Part shown: one piece after another, positions 18,073 to 26,141 of the stretch
Position numbering within the stretch: position 1 is the first letter of the stretch
Layout: each line of letters begins with the position of its first letter
Source: Candidatus Omnitrophota bacterium
GTDB taxonomy: Bacteria; Omnitrophota; Gorgyraeia; Zapsychrales; Zapsychraceae
Assembly: GCA_016214285.1 (NCBI GenBank)
Contig: JACROV010000077.1
Coordinates: 1,617 to 65,616, forward strand
Direction: 5' to 3'
DNA length: 64,000 nucleotides
The notes under the pieces: generated by a model
Databases searched by the model: none
Told to the model about the DNA's origin: nothing
The model's input: the letters and a program-made list of their open reading frames with translations, nothing else
Position numbers and translations under genes: made by a program

Positions 18073-19571
18073 AGGGCGCTAGTCCGGTACGCCATAACAT
18101 TATTGCCAACTTTGCCGGTGGGGCATGGGTCAGTCTAATCAACTTGGCCTTCGTGCCATTCTTTATAAAATTTTTGGGTGTTGAAGCTTATGGGTTGATC
18201 GGTATCTATATCTCATTAACGGCGCTGTTCGCTGTTTTTGATTTGGGACTTAGTTTCACCCTGAGCCGTGAATTGTCGCGGTTGTCGGTCACCGAAGATT
18301 CCATCCAGGAATCCAGAGATTTGGTAAAAACTTTTGAGGCGGTCTATTGGGGAGTGGGGATATTTATTGGACTCGTCATTGTGTCATTGTCTCCATTTAT
18401 CGCCCGGTACTGGGTTAACCCGCAAGGCATCAGCACGGATACAGTCAGAATCACCATCATGATCATGGGGTTATCAATGGCATTTCAATGGCCAGCATCA
18501 CTTTATAACGCGGGGTTGATGGGGCTTCAGCGTCAGGTGCTGATAAATGTAGTGAGAGTGGTTTTTACTACACTGCAGTATGGGGGCGCAGTCCTTATTT
18601 TGTGGTTTGTCTCTCCGACGATTTTAACGTTTTTTTTCTGGCAATTGTTTATTGGTGTGACCAATACTCTTGTTTTGCGTGCCAGTTTGTGGAAGACACT
18701 TCCGGGCACCCGCCTGAAAGCAGGGTTCAGCGGATCGCTCTTGAAGAAAAACTGGCGCTTTGCTGCAGGGATGACGGGCATTTCTGCACTTGCTACGATC
18801 TTGACGCAACTTGACAAGATTATTCTCAGCAAAATGCTGACGCTAGAATTCTTCGGATATTATATCTTGGCTTTTAGTGTAGCAAACATTCTTAGCCAAT
18901 TAGTATCTCCAATATCTTTAGCTCTTTTCCCAAAATTTTCACAGATTGTTGCTGGAGGGGGAGAGGAAAGCCTTGCATCTCTTTACCATAAGGGGTGTCA
19001 ATGCATTGCTGTCACTGTGTTGCCGATAGCTGTTACAATTGCGGTTTTTTCGAAGCAAATACTTTTTCTATGGTTGGGTAATCCTGTTACGGTTCAGAAT
19101 ACATATTTTCTTTTGACTTTTATAGTCATCGGCACAGCGATTAACGCTCTGGTGACCCTTCCTTTTATCCTTCAACTTGCTCATGGATGGACAAAACTTT
19201 CGTTTTTCAAGAATGTGATTGCTGCCATACTGTACGTGCCCTTGCTGATCTGGTTGGCCCGGGATTATGGGGCCTTGGGAGCCACGACGGCCTGGATAAT
19301 CTTGAATCTTGGTTATTTCCTCTTCGAAATACCGATCATGCATCGGCGTTTGCTTAAACGGGAAATGAGGGCGTGGTATTTACTGGATGTCGCCGTACCC
19401 ATGATAATTGTATGCGTTACAATACTTCTATTTCGTATGGCAATGCCTGCCGGTTTATCTATGAATTTTGAATTCTTATGGATTGTTGTTACGTATTTAT
19501 TTTGTGTGTTCTTGCTGGCCGCAGCTCTTTCTTTCACTCGCGGCATGATTTATACCCTGTTTCAATTATGA
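18063..19571 (+). CDS. wzx: Wzx-type oligosaccharide flippase (MOP/PST family)
   Basis: There are about 12-14 TM helices. The N-terminus is NIIANFAGGAWVSLINLAFVPFFIKFLGVEAYGLIG. The glycan-locus context fits. Confidence 0.8.
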   Translation: MPMKGASPVRHNIIANFAGGAWVSLINLAFVPFFIKFLGVEAYGLIGIYISLTALFAVFDLGLSFTLSRELSRLSVTEDSIQESRDLVKTFEAVYWGVGIFIGLVIVSLSPFIARYWVNPQGISTDTVRITIMIMGLSMAFQWPASLYNAGLMGLQRQVLINVVRVVFTTLQYGGAVLILWFVSPTILTFFFWQLFIGVTNTLVLRASLWKTLPGTRLKAGFSGSLLKKNWRFAAGMTGISALATILTQLDKIILSKMLTLEFFGYYILAFSVANILSQLVSPISLALFPKFSQIVAGGGEESLASLYHKGCQCIAVTVLPIAVTIAVFSKQILFLWLGNPVTVQNTYFLLTFIVIGTAINALVTLPFILQLAHGWTKLSFFKNVIAAILYVPLLIWLARDYGALGATTAWIILNLGYFLFEIPIMHRRLLKREMRAWYLLDVAVPMIIVCVTILLFRMAMPAGLSMNFEFLWIVVTYLFCVFLLAAALSFTRGMIYTLFQL

Positions 19572-19605
19572 CCTATAATAAACAACCTTATGGGAAGGTA
19601 TTAAA

Positions 19606-20280
19606 ATGCAAATAACAGAAAAAATATATAAGAATGTTATTGTCAGAATTTATCGCTTCATTGATAAATTCATAACCCTTTGCCACGTAATTTCCAGAAC
19701 TAATCCGGATTTGGGACCTCATATTACAGTTGGACGACACACCTACGGCATTAACCAGGATACTGTTCTTAGGGCACCGTCATTGAACCCGCCTTCTGTG
19801 TCGGTAGGAAATTTTTGTTCAATTGCGTCCGGGCTTATAATTCTGGCTAATGCAGACCACCCAACAAACCTTCCTTCGACGTATCCTTTCATGACCTTGT
19901 TATTTTCTTCTAAGAAGATTTTCCGGAAGGCTGGTTATTCGAATTTTGATGTTGTTTCTCGTGGCGCAGTTGTAATAGGTCATGACGTCTGGATCGGTCA
20001 AAATGTAATTATTCTCTCCGGGGTGACTATTGGGATTGGTGCCGTGATTGGGGCTGGCTCCGTGGTGACAAAGAACATACCGCCATATGCTATTGCGGTT
20101 GGCAATCCCGCTCAAGTCATACGGTATCGTTTTCCGCCCGAGATTATTGATCAAATGTTAAATTCAGAATGGTGGCTACTTTCAGATGAGCAACTGCGAA
20201 CATTGGAGCCGTTCCTTTATAATACCGATATCTCGGCATTCTTAGATCAAATCCGGCAGGTTCGAAGCCAAAAGATTTAA
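19606..20280 (+). CDS. Hexapeptide-repeat (left-handed beta-helix) O-acetyltransferase, CatB/Vat-like
   Basis: The hexapeptide stretch is VVIGHDVWIGQNVIILSGVTIGIGAVIGAGSVVTKNIPPYAIAVGNPAQVIRYRF. Confidence 0.85.
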   Translation: MQITEKIYKNVIVRIYRFIDKFITLCHVISRTNPDLGPHITVGRHTYGINQDTVLRAPSLNPPSVSVGNFCSIASGLIILANADHPTNLPSTYPFMTLLFSSKKIFRKAGYSNFDVVSRGAVVIGHDVWIGQNVIILSGVTIGIGAVIGAGSVVTKNIPPYAIAVGNPAQVIRYRFPPEIIDQMLNSEWWLLSDEQLRTLEPFLYNTDISAFLDQIRQVRSQKI

Positions 20281-20519
20281 TTTTTTTTTGCCGACAGACA
20301 GGATCTAAGGGGTAAGTCTTGATATTTTCCATTTAAAATGATGATAGAAAGGGAGAGCAGGGATGAAATCTTCGGTGCTACTTCAATCGTCTGAATCTCC
20401 TTAAATAACTGTTGAAGCGGTCAACAAAAGCTTTATTCCTGTCCTCGATAGCCCGGCCAACGCTCTTGAATAATGACATAAGCAATACCGGGCGCCAACT
20501 AAGGACTGCTCTCACATTA

Positions 20520-21575
20520 ATGAACCGAGTCAGCATTATCATCCTGAACTGGAACAATTGGGAACACACGATCCGGTGTCTGGCAACTCTGTTTCAGTCG
20601 ACATACGAAAACTATAATGTCATCCTTGTTGAAAACGGATCCAGGGATATTTCTTTGCAAAATATCCGGAAATGGGCTGCGGGCCGGCTGTCTGCGGCGA
20701 CCAAGATTTTTCCGGAAGATCCCGACGCCAAGCCCTCCAGGGTTTATGAGCAGAAACATTCCAGGATTATGCCCAATCAAGCTGCCGGTGAGTGTATAGC
20801 GAAATCCCTGACCATTATTGAAATTGACGAGAATATCGGATTTGCCCGTGGATGCAACCTTGGCATAACGTATGCCTTGAGAGACAAAACGGTAAAATAT
20901 ATTTTAACGTTAAATAATGATATGGAGATCAGCAAAGATTGTGTTTCGCTGCTTGCTGCACAAGCCGATGCGGATGAAAGTATCGGCGCCTGTCAAGGCA
21001 AGGTTCTTTTAAGCGAGTCTCCGGGGTTCATCGATGGCGCAGGGGTTAACGTGACATGGTATGGTGCCGCGTTTATGGTGGGACACGGTGAGGCCGACCA
21101 TGGACAGTATAATAAAATAACTAAAATTTTTGGCGCGTACCCGGCAACGGCTCTTTTTCGACGAAAAATGCTGGACGATATCGGCCTTTTTGACGAGGAT
21201 TTCTTTGTTTATTATGAAGATGTGGATCTGTGCCTGAGGTCCCGAAGATCCGGATGGACAACGGTGCTCGTGCCATCTGCGGTCACATATCATTTCCATT
21301 CTGCAAGCTACGGCAAAGACTCACCACAAAAATTGTATTATATCTTTCGAAATCTGTTGTTTTATGCGATTAAGGATCTTCCGTTTCCCTCTTTGATCAT
21401 TTTTCTGGCACTTTATTACCCGGCAACTGTGTTAACGTACATTGTCAAAACACGGGCCGATAAAGAGGCGTTTAAATCCATCATGCATGGCGCAAAAGAC
21501 GGCCTCACGGGGATACCACATTCCTGGGAAAAGCGGCAAGCATTATCGCGGCCTTTGCCGCAGGGAATCAAATAA
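20520..21575 (+). CDS. Family 2 glycosyltransferase (rhamnosyltransferase-like)
   Basis: VSIIILNWNNWEHTIRCL, ILVENGSRD and YYEDVDLCLR are present. I prefer the ATG at 20520; the track start at 20412 is a TTG adding 36 non-homologous residues. Confidence 0.85.
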   Translation: MNRVSIIILNWNNWEHTIRCLATLFQSTYENYNVILVENGSRDISLQNIRKWAAGRLSAATKIFPEDPDAKPSRVYEQKHSRIMPNQAAGECIAKSLTIIEIDENIGFARGCNLGITYALRDKTVKYILTLNNDMEISKDCVSLLAAQADADESIGACQGKVLLSESPGFIDGAGVNVTWYGAAFMVGHGEADHGQYNKITKIFGAYPATALFRRKMLDDIGLFDEDFFVYYEDVDLCLRSRRSGWTTVLVPSAVTYHFHSASYGKDSPQKLYYIFRNLLFYAIKDLPFPSLIIFLALYYPATVLTYIVKTRADKEAFKSIMHGAKDGLTGIPHSWEKRQALSRPLPQGIK

Positions 21576-21577
21576 AG

Positions 21578-22498
21578 ATGAAAACCATTACCCGCCAAGA
21601 TATCGCAGCTGTTATCGTCACCTTTTACCCCGACGACGATTTCGAAGCTCACGTTAGCCCGGTATTATCTCAAGTTGACAAAGTTGTGGTTGTTGATAAT
21701 ACGGCTGATCCGAAAATTGAAAAGCTTTTGTTAAGTTTAAGAGATAAGGGCTGTCAGATCATTAGGAATAAGGCCAACCTGGGAGTCGCCTGTGCGCTGA
21801 ATCAAGGCATCTGCCGGGTGGCAGAGCAAGGGTACAAATGGGTATTGACTTTGGACCAGGACACTCATGTCCATGAAGGATTGATCGATTTGTACATTCA
21901 CGCACTTTGCGCGGAACTTGCTGATCAGAAAGCAGGTGTTATTAATACGCTTTATCGCGATGTTAATACCGGAACAATTGGGTTAAGTTTTTCCGGGAAA
22001 AAGATAGACGGATGGATGGACGTGGCGGCCCTGATCACTTCAGGGAGTTTTTTTTCAATTGAAACATATCAAAAAGTTGGCCCCTTGCGGGAATATTTCT
22101 TTCTTGATTGGGCAGATCACGATTTTTGTTTAAGGGCGCGCGCGAAAGGGCTAAGAAATTTTATTTACAACAAGCCCTTTTTCGATCACGCTCTGGGAAA
22201 AAAGACCGAACATAAATTTTTCTTCAGGAAACTTTCGGTTCCTACCAATAATCATTCCCCCTTCCGTTGTTATTTGATCAGCCGGAACCTGACGATTCTT
22301 TTGAAGGAAAATTTTTTTCACGAATTTCGCTGGGCTTTGTTCCTTTCTTTTTATCTATTAACAAAATTCCTTCTGGTGGTATTCTTTGAAAAAGATAAAA
22401 TATCAAAGCTCCAGAATTTATTAAAAGGATTTTTGGATGGCCTGTTTAGTAAATCAAAGGATACGATCTTATTAAAGCACCCTAAACAGCGATCCTGA
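21578..22498 (+). CDS. Family 2 glycosyltransferase (rhamnosyltransferase-like)
   Basis: IAAVIVTFYPDDD, VVVVDNTAD, LTLDQDT and DWADHDFCLRA are present. Confidence 0.85.
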   Translation: MKTITRQDIAAVIVTFYPDDDFEAHVSPVLSQVDKVVVVDNTADPKIEKLLLSLRDKGCQIIRNKANLGVACALNQGICRVAEQGYKWVLTLDQDTHVHEGLIDLYIHALCAELADQKAGVINTLYRDVNTGTIGLSFSGKKIDGWMDVAALITSGSFFSIETYQKVGPLREYFFLDWADHDFCLRARAKGLRNFIYNKPFFDHALGKKTEHKFFFRKLSVPTNNHSPFRCYLISRNLTILLKENFFHEFRWALFLSFYLLTKFLLVVFFEKDKISKLQNLLKGFLDGLFSKSKDTILLKHPKQRS

Positions 22499-22508
22499 AG
22501 GCTCTATT

Positions 22509-23099
22509 GTGAAACTCGCCATTTTTGACTTCGACGGGACGATAACAACCAGGAACAGTTTCGCGGATTTTATTCTGTGGACCCACGGGATCGCGGGGGC
22601 CTTATGGGGGCTGTTGATCCTTAGTCCCGTTGTAACGGCATATGCCCTGGGGTTCATCCCGAATTGGAAAGCTAAACAAAGGGTTTTCGCTCACTTTTAT
22701 GAGGGTTGGGAAAAGGGACGGTTTGAGGCCGCCGCCGGGGAATACGCCCGGGAAAAATTGTCCACGATTATGCGGCCCGTTGCGCTCCAGCGCGTGGAAT
22801 GGCACCAGAAGCAAGGGCACCGGGTCGTGATCGTCTCGGCCTCCTTTGAAAATTATCTTAAACCGTGGTGTGACGCCCATAAGGTGGATTTGCTGGCGAC
22901 ACAGTTAGAGATTAAAGAGGGAAGGCTTACCGGAGAATTTGCGTCAGGGAATTGTTACGGTGAGGAAAAGCTCGACAGGCTCAAGCAGGCCTGCAATTTA
23001 CGCGATTTCGAATTTATCTATGCTTATGGGGATAGCAAGGGTGATAAAGCTCTGGCCAAGATCGCAAATGAATTCCATTTCAAGCCGTTTCGGGGATGA
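22509..23099 (+). CDS. HAD-superfamily subfamily IB hydrolase (phosphatase)
   Basis: Motif I is IFDFDGTIT, motif II is VIVSASF and motif IV is YGDSKGD. The start is GTG. Confidence 0.8.
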   Translation: MKLAIFDFDGTITTRNSFADFILWTHGIAGALWGLLILSPVVTAYALGFIPNWKAKQRVFAHFYEGWEKGRFEAAAGEYAREKLSTIMRPVALQRVEWHQKQGHRVVIVSASFENYLKPWCDAHKVDLLATQLEIKEGRLTGEFASGNCYGEEKLDRLKQACNLRDFEFIYAYGDSKGDKALAKIANEFHFKPFRG

Positions 23100-23110
23100 G
23101 CGGTTTGGCG

Positions 23111-24316
23111 TTATAGCGCCCGTTCAATCGAGCCTTCGATTTTTTTCAGTTTGACTGTCAGGGGCGAGGGGTTGCGTCCGAAGCAAATGCCCAATTGTTC
23201 GTGGTAGGTGATCTGGGCCGGGTTCACATGCCGCTGTTTAATAGCATCGGCGGTATCCATATAGCGGATCTCCTCCCCGTTGACACCGACTACCGTAACA
23301 CCGCTAATCCCTTTTTGAAGCAGAAGGGCCGCGGCCCCGCCGGCTTCTTTCCCAAAATTGACGTCGTAAACTGAAGAATGCCCGCAGCGCACCAGATGCC
23401 CCGGGGTAACCGCGCGGATCTCCGGGATCTCGTTGAGGCTTTTGACATACATTTTCTCGCGCCGCATGAGCTTCGGGATCTCCGGGTCGTTCTTGAAACG
23501 GCTGGTCAGCTGATCGCAGACATATTTGCCCGCCCCGGCTAGGCGTTTGTGTCCGAAAGAATCGAGCCCTGCGGATTCGTCGACGAGTTCTTTGCCGCTC
23601 GCGTCTTTAAGCCCTTCGGCGACAAGGACCAGATAGGTTCCGGCTTTAACGTCGCTGGCGGCGATGCGGTGAAAGTACCGTTCCTTGCAATGGGCATAGA
23701 GTACGTCGAAATCCGCGGGGATCTCAGGGATCAGGATGGCGTCGGCCTCAGCGGCGATGCCGGCGCGAAACGCCGTGTGGCCGGCGTAACGGCCGAACAC
23801 TTCCATGACCATGACGCGATTATGGGTGCGGGCTGTGGTCTTAAGGTCTTCGAGAAAAGCAGCGATACGGTTAACCGTTGAATCAAACCCGACGGAATAG
23901 GTCTGCAGGTCCAGGTCCATGGTTTTCGGGGCGTGGATGCATTTGATCCCCTGGCCGGCCAGGTCAACCATAACGCTGCCGGAATCATCGCCGCCGCTGA
24001 TGACCAGACCGTCCAGCCTGAATTTTTGCATGCCCTTTTTGATCCGGTCATATTTTTGCGGATCTTCGATCTTTTTGATCTTGACCCGTGAATGCCCGGC
24101 CTCGGATCCGGCCAGATTGCAGTCGATCGCGTCCAGCCGATCAGGCGTCAATTCGACCAAGTTGTCGAAGTCAATGAGGTTATAGAGTCCGGCGTAGCCG
24201 TTAGGGATGACAAACGAGGTCATTTCCAGCTTTTGGGCCATCTGGGCGGCTCCTTTGATGACGCCGTTAAGCCCGCCGCAATCCCCGCCACTGGTTAAAA
24301 TCCCGATTCTTTTCAT
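23111..24316 (-). CDS. pfp: 6-phosphofructokinase, predicted pyrophosphate-dependent
   Basis: The N-terminus is MKRIGILTSGGDCGGLNGVIKG. GGDDSG has Asp at the position of E. coli PfkA Gly104, and PKTMDLD has Lys at the position of Gly124. This Asp/Lys pair is the established signature of PPi rather than ATP use. Confidence 0.88.
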   Translation of the reverse strand: MKRIGILTSGGDCGGLNGVIKGAAQMAQKLEMTSFVIPNGYAGLYNLIDFDNLVELTPDRLDAIDCNLAGSEAGHSRVKIKKIEDPQKYDRIKKGMQKFRLDGLVISGGDDSGSVMVDLAGQGIKCIHAPKTMDLDLQTYSVGFDSTVNRIAAFLEDLKTTARTHNRVMVMEVFGRYAGHTAFRAGIAAEADAILIPEIPADFDVLYAHCKERYFHRIAASDVKAGTYLVLVAEGLKDASGKELVDESAGLDSFGHKRLAGAGKYVCDQLTSRFKNDPEIPKLMRREKMYVKSLNEIPEIRAVTPGHLVRCGHSSVYDVNFGKEAGGAAALLLQKGISGVTVVGVNGEEIRYMDTADAIKQRHVNPAQITYHEQLGICFGRNPSPLTVKLKKIEGSIERAL

Positions 24317-24384
24317 CTGTGAAGCTCCGTTAAATGTTGAAAATTACGTTATCATATCCATTTATGAAAATCAACGTATTATCC

Positions 24385-24606
24385 CAAATTTTGCAATAGC
24401 AAAATTTGCCCCGAAGGGGTTGCACGACAAAATCCGAACGGGATTTTGTCGGCTTGCAAGGTAATCCCGGATTTTTCACTGCTAATTTTGTGTAGTTACA
24501 AAATTTGGGATACCTCGCTAAGCCGGCCAAACTCTATAAGAGTTTGGCCGAGCGACCCTTCGCTTCGCTCAGGGCGGATTTTTCTGCAGAAAAATCCGGG
24601 ATTATA
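24385..24606. other. Array of perfect hairpins plus an inverted-repeat-bounded module of about 145 bp (structured RNA or MITE-like element)
   Basis: Local hairpins are CAAATTTTGC-AATA-GCAAAATTTG (24385-24408), CCCC-GAA-GGGG (24409-24419), GACAAAATCC-loop-GGGATTTTGTC (24426-24450), AATTTTGT-GTAGTT-ACAAAATT (24484-24505) and GGCCAAACTC-TATAA-GAGTTTGGCC (24525-24549). There is also a 24-bp perfect palindrome CGGATTTTTCTGCAGAAAAATCCG (24575-24598). The outer inverted repeat is TAATCCCGGATTTTT (24462-24476) against AAAAATCCGGGATTA (24590-24604). Confidence 0.75.
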
Positions 24607-24743
24607 TGGAATTCTGCCTTTACAGCCATTATTATATTTGCTATATTGTTGCCACTTGTGAATGGAATTTTGCTGGCGCCCCGCCAATTTTAATGATTGC
24701 AGAGGAAGGCGGGACTGGCAATTTCTTTGAATAGAAATTGAGG

Positions 24744-24876
24744 AAATTGCTGGCGCAGCTTCCCGACGTTCGCCTTTGGCTCAGTTCCGACGTTCGCTTC
24801 GCTCAGATCGGAATCCCGACCGAGAGAATCGAGCGTCGGGATCGGGACTCCGACCGAGCGTAAGCGAGCGTCGGAG
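24744..24876. repeat. Short GC-rich direct and inverted repeats upstream of tRNA-Thr, including a tRNA-Thr 5'-end look-alike
   Basis: AAATTGCTGGCGCAGCT (24744-24760) mimics the true tRNA 5' end TTTTGCTGGCGTAGCT. Direct repeats are TCCCGACGTTCGCCTTTGGCTCAG (24761-24784) and TTCCGACGTTCGCTTCGCTCAG (24785-24806). Hairpins are TCCCGAC..GTCGGGA (24814-24841) and CTCCGAC..GTCGGAG (24848-24876). TTCGCTTCGCTCAG also occurs at 24559-24572. Confidence 0.7.
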
Positions 24877-24900
24877 CAGTTGGTGTGTAGAATAAATTTT

Positions 24901-24973
24901 GCTGGCGTAGCTCAGTTGGTAGAGCAGCGGTTTTGTAAACCGCGGGTCGGGGGTTCGATTCCTCTCGCCAGCT
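24901..24973 (+). tRNA. tRNA-Thr (anticodon UGU)
   Basis: The cloverleaf was read by hand. Acceptor is GCTGGCG/CGCCAGC. D-arm is TAGCTCAGTTGGTAGAGCA. Anticodon stem is GCGGT/ACCGC with loop TT-TGT-AA. T-arm is GGGGG-TTCGATT-CCTCT. CCA is not encoded. Confidence 0.93.
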
Positions 24974-25071
24974 TTAATTGTTTCATGTGTAAAGTGTTAT
25001 GTGTCATGCCGGAAGAGGCAGAACTTTGCTTTTGCATAACACATAAAACATGACACATAATACGGATTTTC

Positions 25072-25157
25072 GGGCAGATACCCAAGTGGTCAACGGGGAC
25101 AGACTGTAAATCTGTTGCGCTTGCGCTTCGAGGGTTCGAATCCTTCTCTGCCCACCA
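25072..25157 (+). tRNA. tRNA-Tyr (anticodon GUA), long variable arm, CCA encoded
   Basis: Acceptor is GGGCAGA/TCTGCCC. Anticodon stem is ACAGA/TCTGT with loop CT-GTA-AA. The variable-arm hairpin is GCGC-TT-GCGC. T-arm is GAGGG-TTCGAAT-CCTTC. The 3' end is ACCA. Confidence 0.93.
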
Positions 25158-25324
25158 CTTGACTTTCCATAATATAGTTTCAGAGAAAGTCAAGTGTTGT
25201 CCCGAGTGGCTTTCTTTGAGTTTGATGCCACGAGGGATGATGATTTTGTCCCTCGCTTCTGATTGTCACCGATGGAAGCTCGGGACGTTTGAATTTTGAT
25301 AATAAAATTGAGGTAAATTCAAAC

Positions 25325-25395
25325 GCGGGCGTAGTTCAATGGTAGAACACCAGCCTTCCAAGCTGGATACGTGAGTTCGATTCTCATCGCCCGCT
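25325..25395 (+). tRNA. tRNA-Gly (anticodon UCC)
   Basis: Acceptor is GCGGGCG/CGCCCGC. D-arm is TAGTTCAATGGTAGAACA. Anticodon stem is CCAGC/GCTGG with loop CT-TCC-AA. T-arm is GTGAG-TTCGATT-CTCAT. Confidence 0.93.
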
Positions 25396-25423
25396 TGTGT
25401 TTTGTAGAATAGTGTCATCCCAT

Positions 25424-26128
25424 ATGAAAGTCACACTCTTAGTTCCTGCCTTAAACGAAATCGACGGCATGAAAACCGTTATGCCGCACATCAAGCCTGA
25501 ATGGTGCGACCAGATCCTTATTGTCGATGGTCAATCGAAGGACGGCACCGCCGAATATGCCCGCGCTCAAGGATATGATGTGGTCATCCAGAAGAAAAAG
25601 GGTATGCGCCACGCCTATATGGAAGCATGGCCACATATTAAAGGAGATGTTGTTCTGACATTCAGCCCGGATGGGAATTCCATTCCCGAACTGATCCCTG
25701 CCTGCATCGCGAAAATGAAGGAAGGGTATGATATGGTAATTATTTCGCGCTACGCCGAAGGCGCGAAAAGTTATGATGATGATATTATAACGGGTTTCGG
25801 CAATTGGCTTTTTACGACCACGATCAATCTTTTGCACGGCGGCCATTATACGGACGCGATGGTGATCTACCGGGCGTATCGTAAAGACTTGATCGCGGAA
25901 TTGGGCCTGGACAAGGATTCCAGCTACGAATTCGAAGAAAAATTGTTCGGCACGAACGTCAGCTGGGAGCCGTTGCTGTCGGTGCGGTGTGCCAAACGTA
26001 AATTGAAATATACGGATATCCCCGGAGATGAACCGGCCAGGGAGGGCGGCGAGCGTAAGCTCCAGGTGCTGCGCTGGGGCGCCGCGTATATGTTTGAAGT
26101 ATTGCGAGAAGTATTTGTCTGGAAATAG
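25424..26128 (+). CDS. Family 2 glycosyltransferase, polyprenol-phosphate sugar synthase-like (DPM1/GtrB type)
   Basis: MKVTLLVPALNE, ILIVDGQSKDGT, SPDGN and ISRY are present. I prefer the ATG at 25424 because the track GTG at 25397 starts 1 nt after tRNA-Gly. Confidence 0.8.
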   Translation: MKVTLLVPALNEIDGMKTVMPHIKPEWCDQILIVDGQSKDGTAEYARAQGYDVVIQKKKGMRHAYMEAWPHIKGDVVLTFSPDGNSIPELIPACIAKMKEGYDMVIISRYAEGAKSYDDDIITGFGNWLFTTTINLLHGGHYTDAMVIYRAYRKDLIAELGLDKDSSYEFEEKLFGTNVSWEPLLSVRCAKRKLKYTDIPGDEPAREGGERKLQVLRWGAAYMFEVLREVFVWK

Positions 26129-26141
26129 GCAGGGGGAGCGG

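Noticed and set aside
20412-20519. TTG-initiated 36-codon N-terminal extension of the first GT2 gene.
   Set aside because: GT2 homology begins right after the ATG at 20520 (MNRVSIIILNWN). The extension has no homology and would start in an otherwise non-coding spacer.
24385-24900. Possible CRISPR array, or an integrated element next to the tRNA genes.
   Set aside because: The repeats are heterogeneous hairpins without regular repeat-spacer periodicity. No cas, integrase or recombinase gene and no duplicated tRNA 3' end (att site) is present; the look-alikes match the tRNA 5' end only.
24912-25193. 93-aa minus-strand ORF.
   Set aside because: It is made up of the reverse complements of tRNA-Thr and tRNA-Tyr plus their spacer. 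The tRNA cloverleaves are unambiguous.
26028-26141. Upstream start for gpsA giving a 373-aa protein.
   Set aside because: The first 38 codons overlap the end of the GT2 gene in another frame and are Cys/Arg-rich nonsense. GpsA homology and a Shine-Dalgarno sequence begin at 26142.
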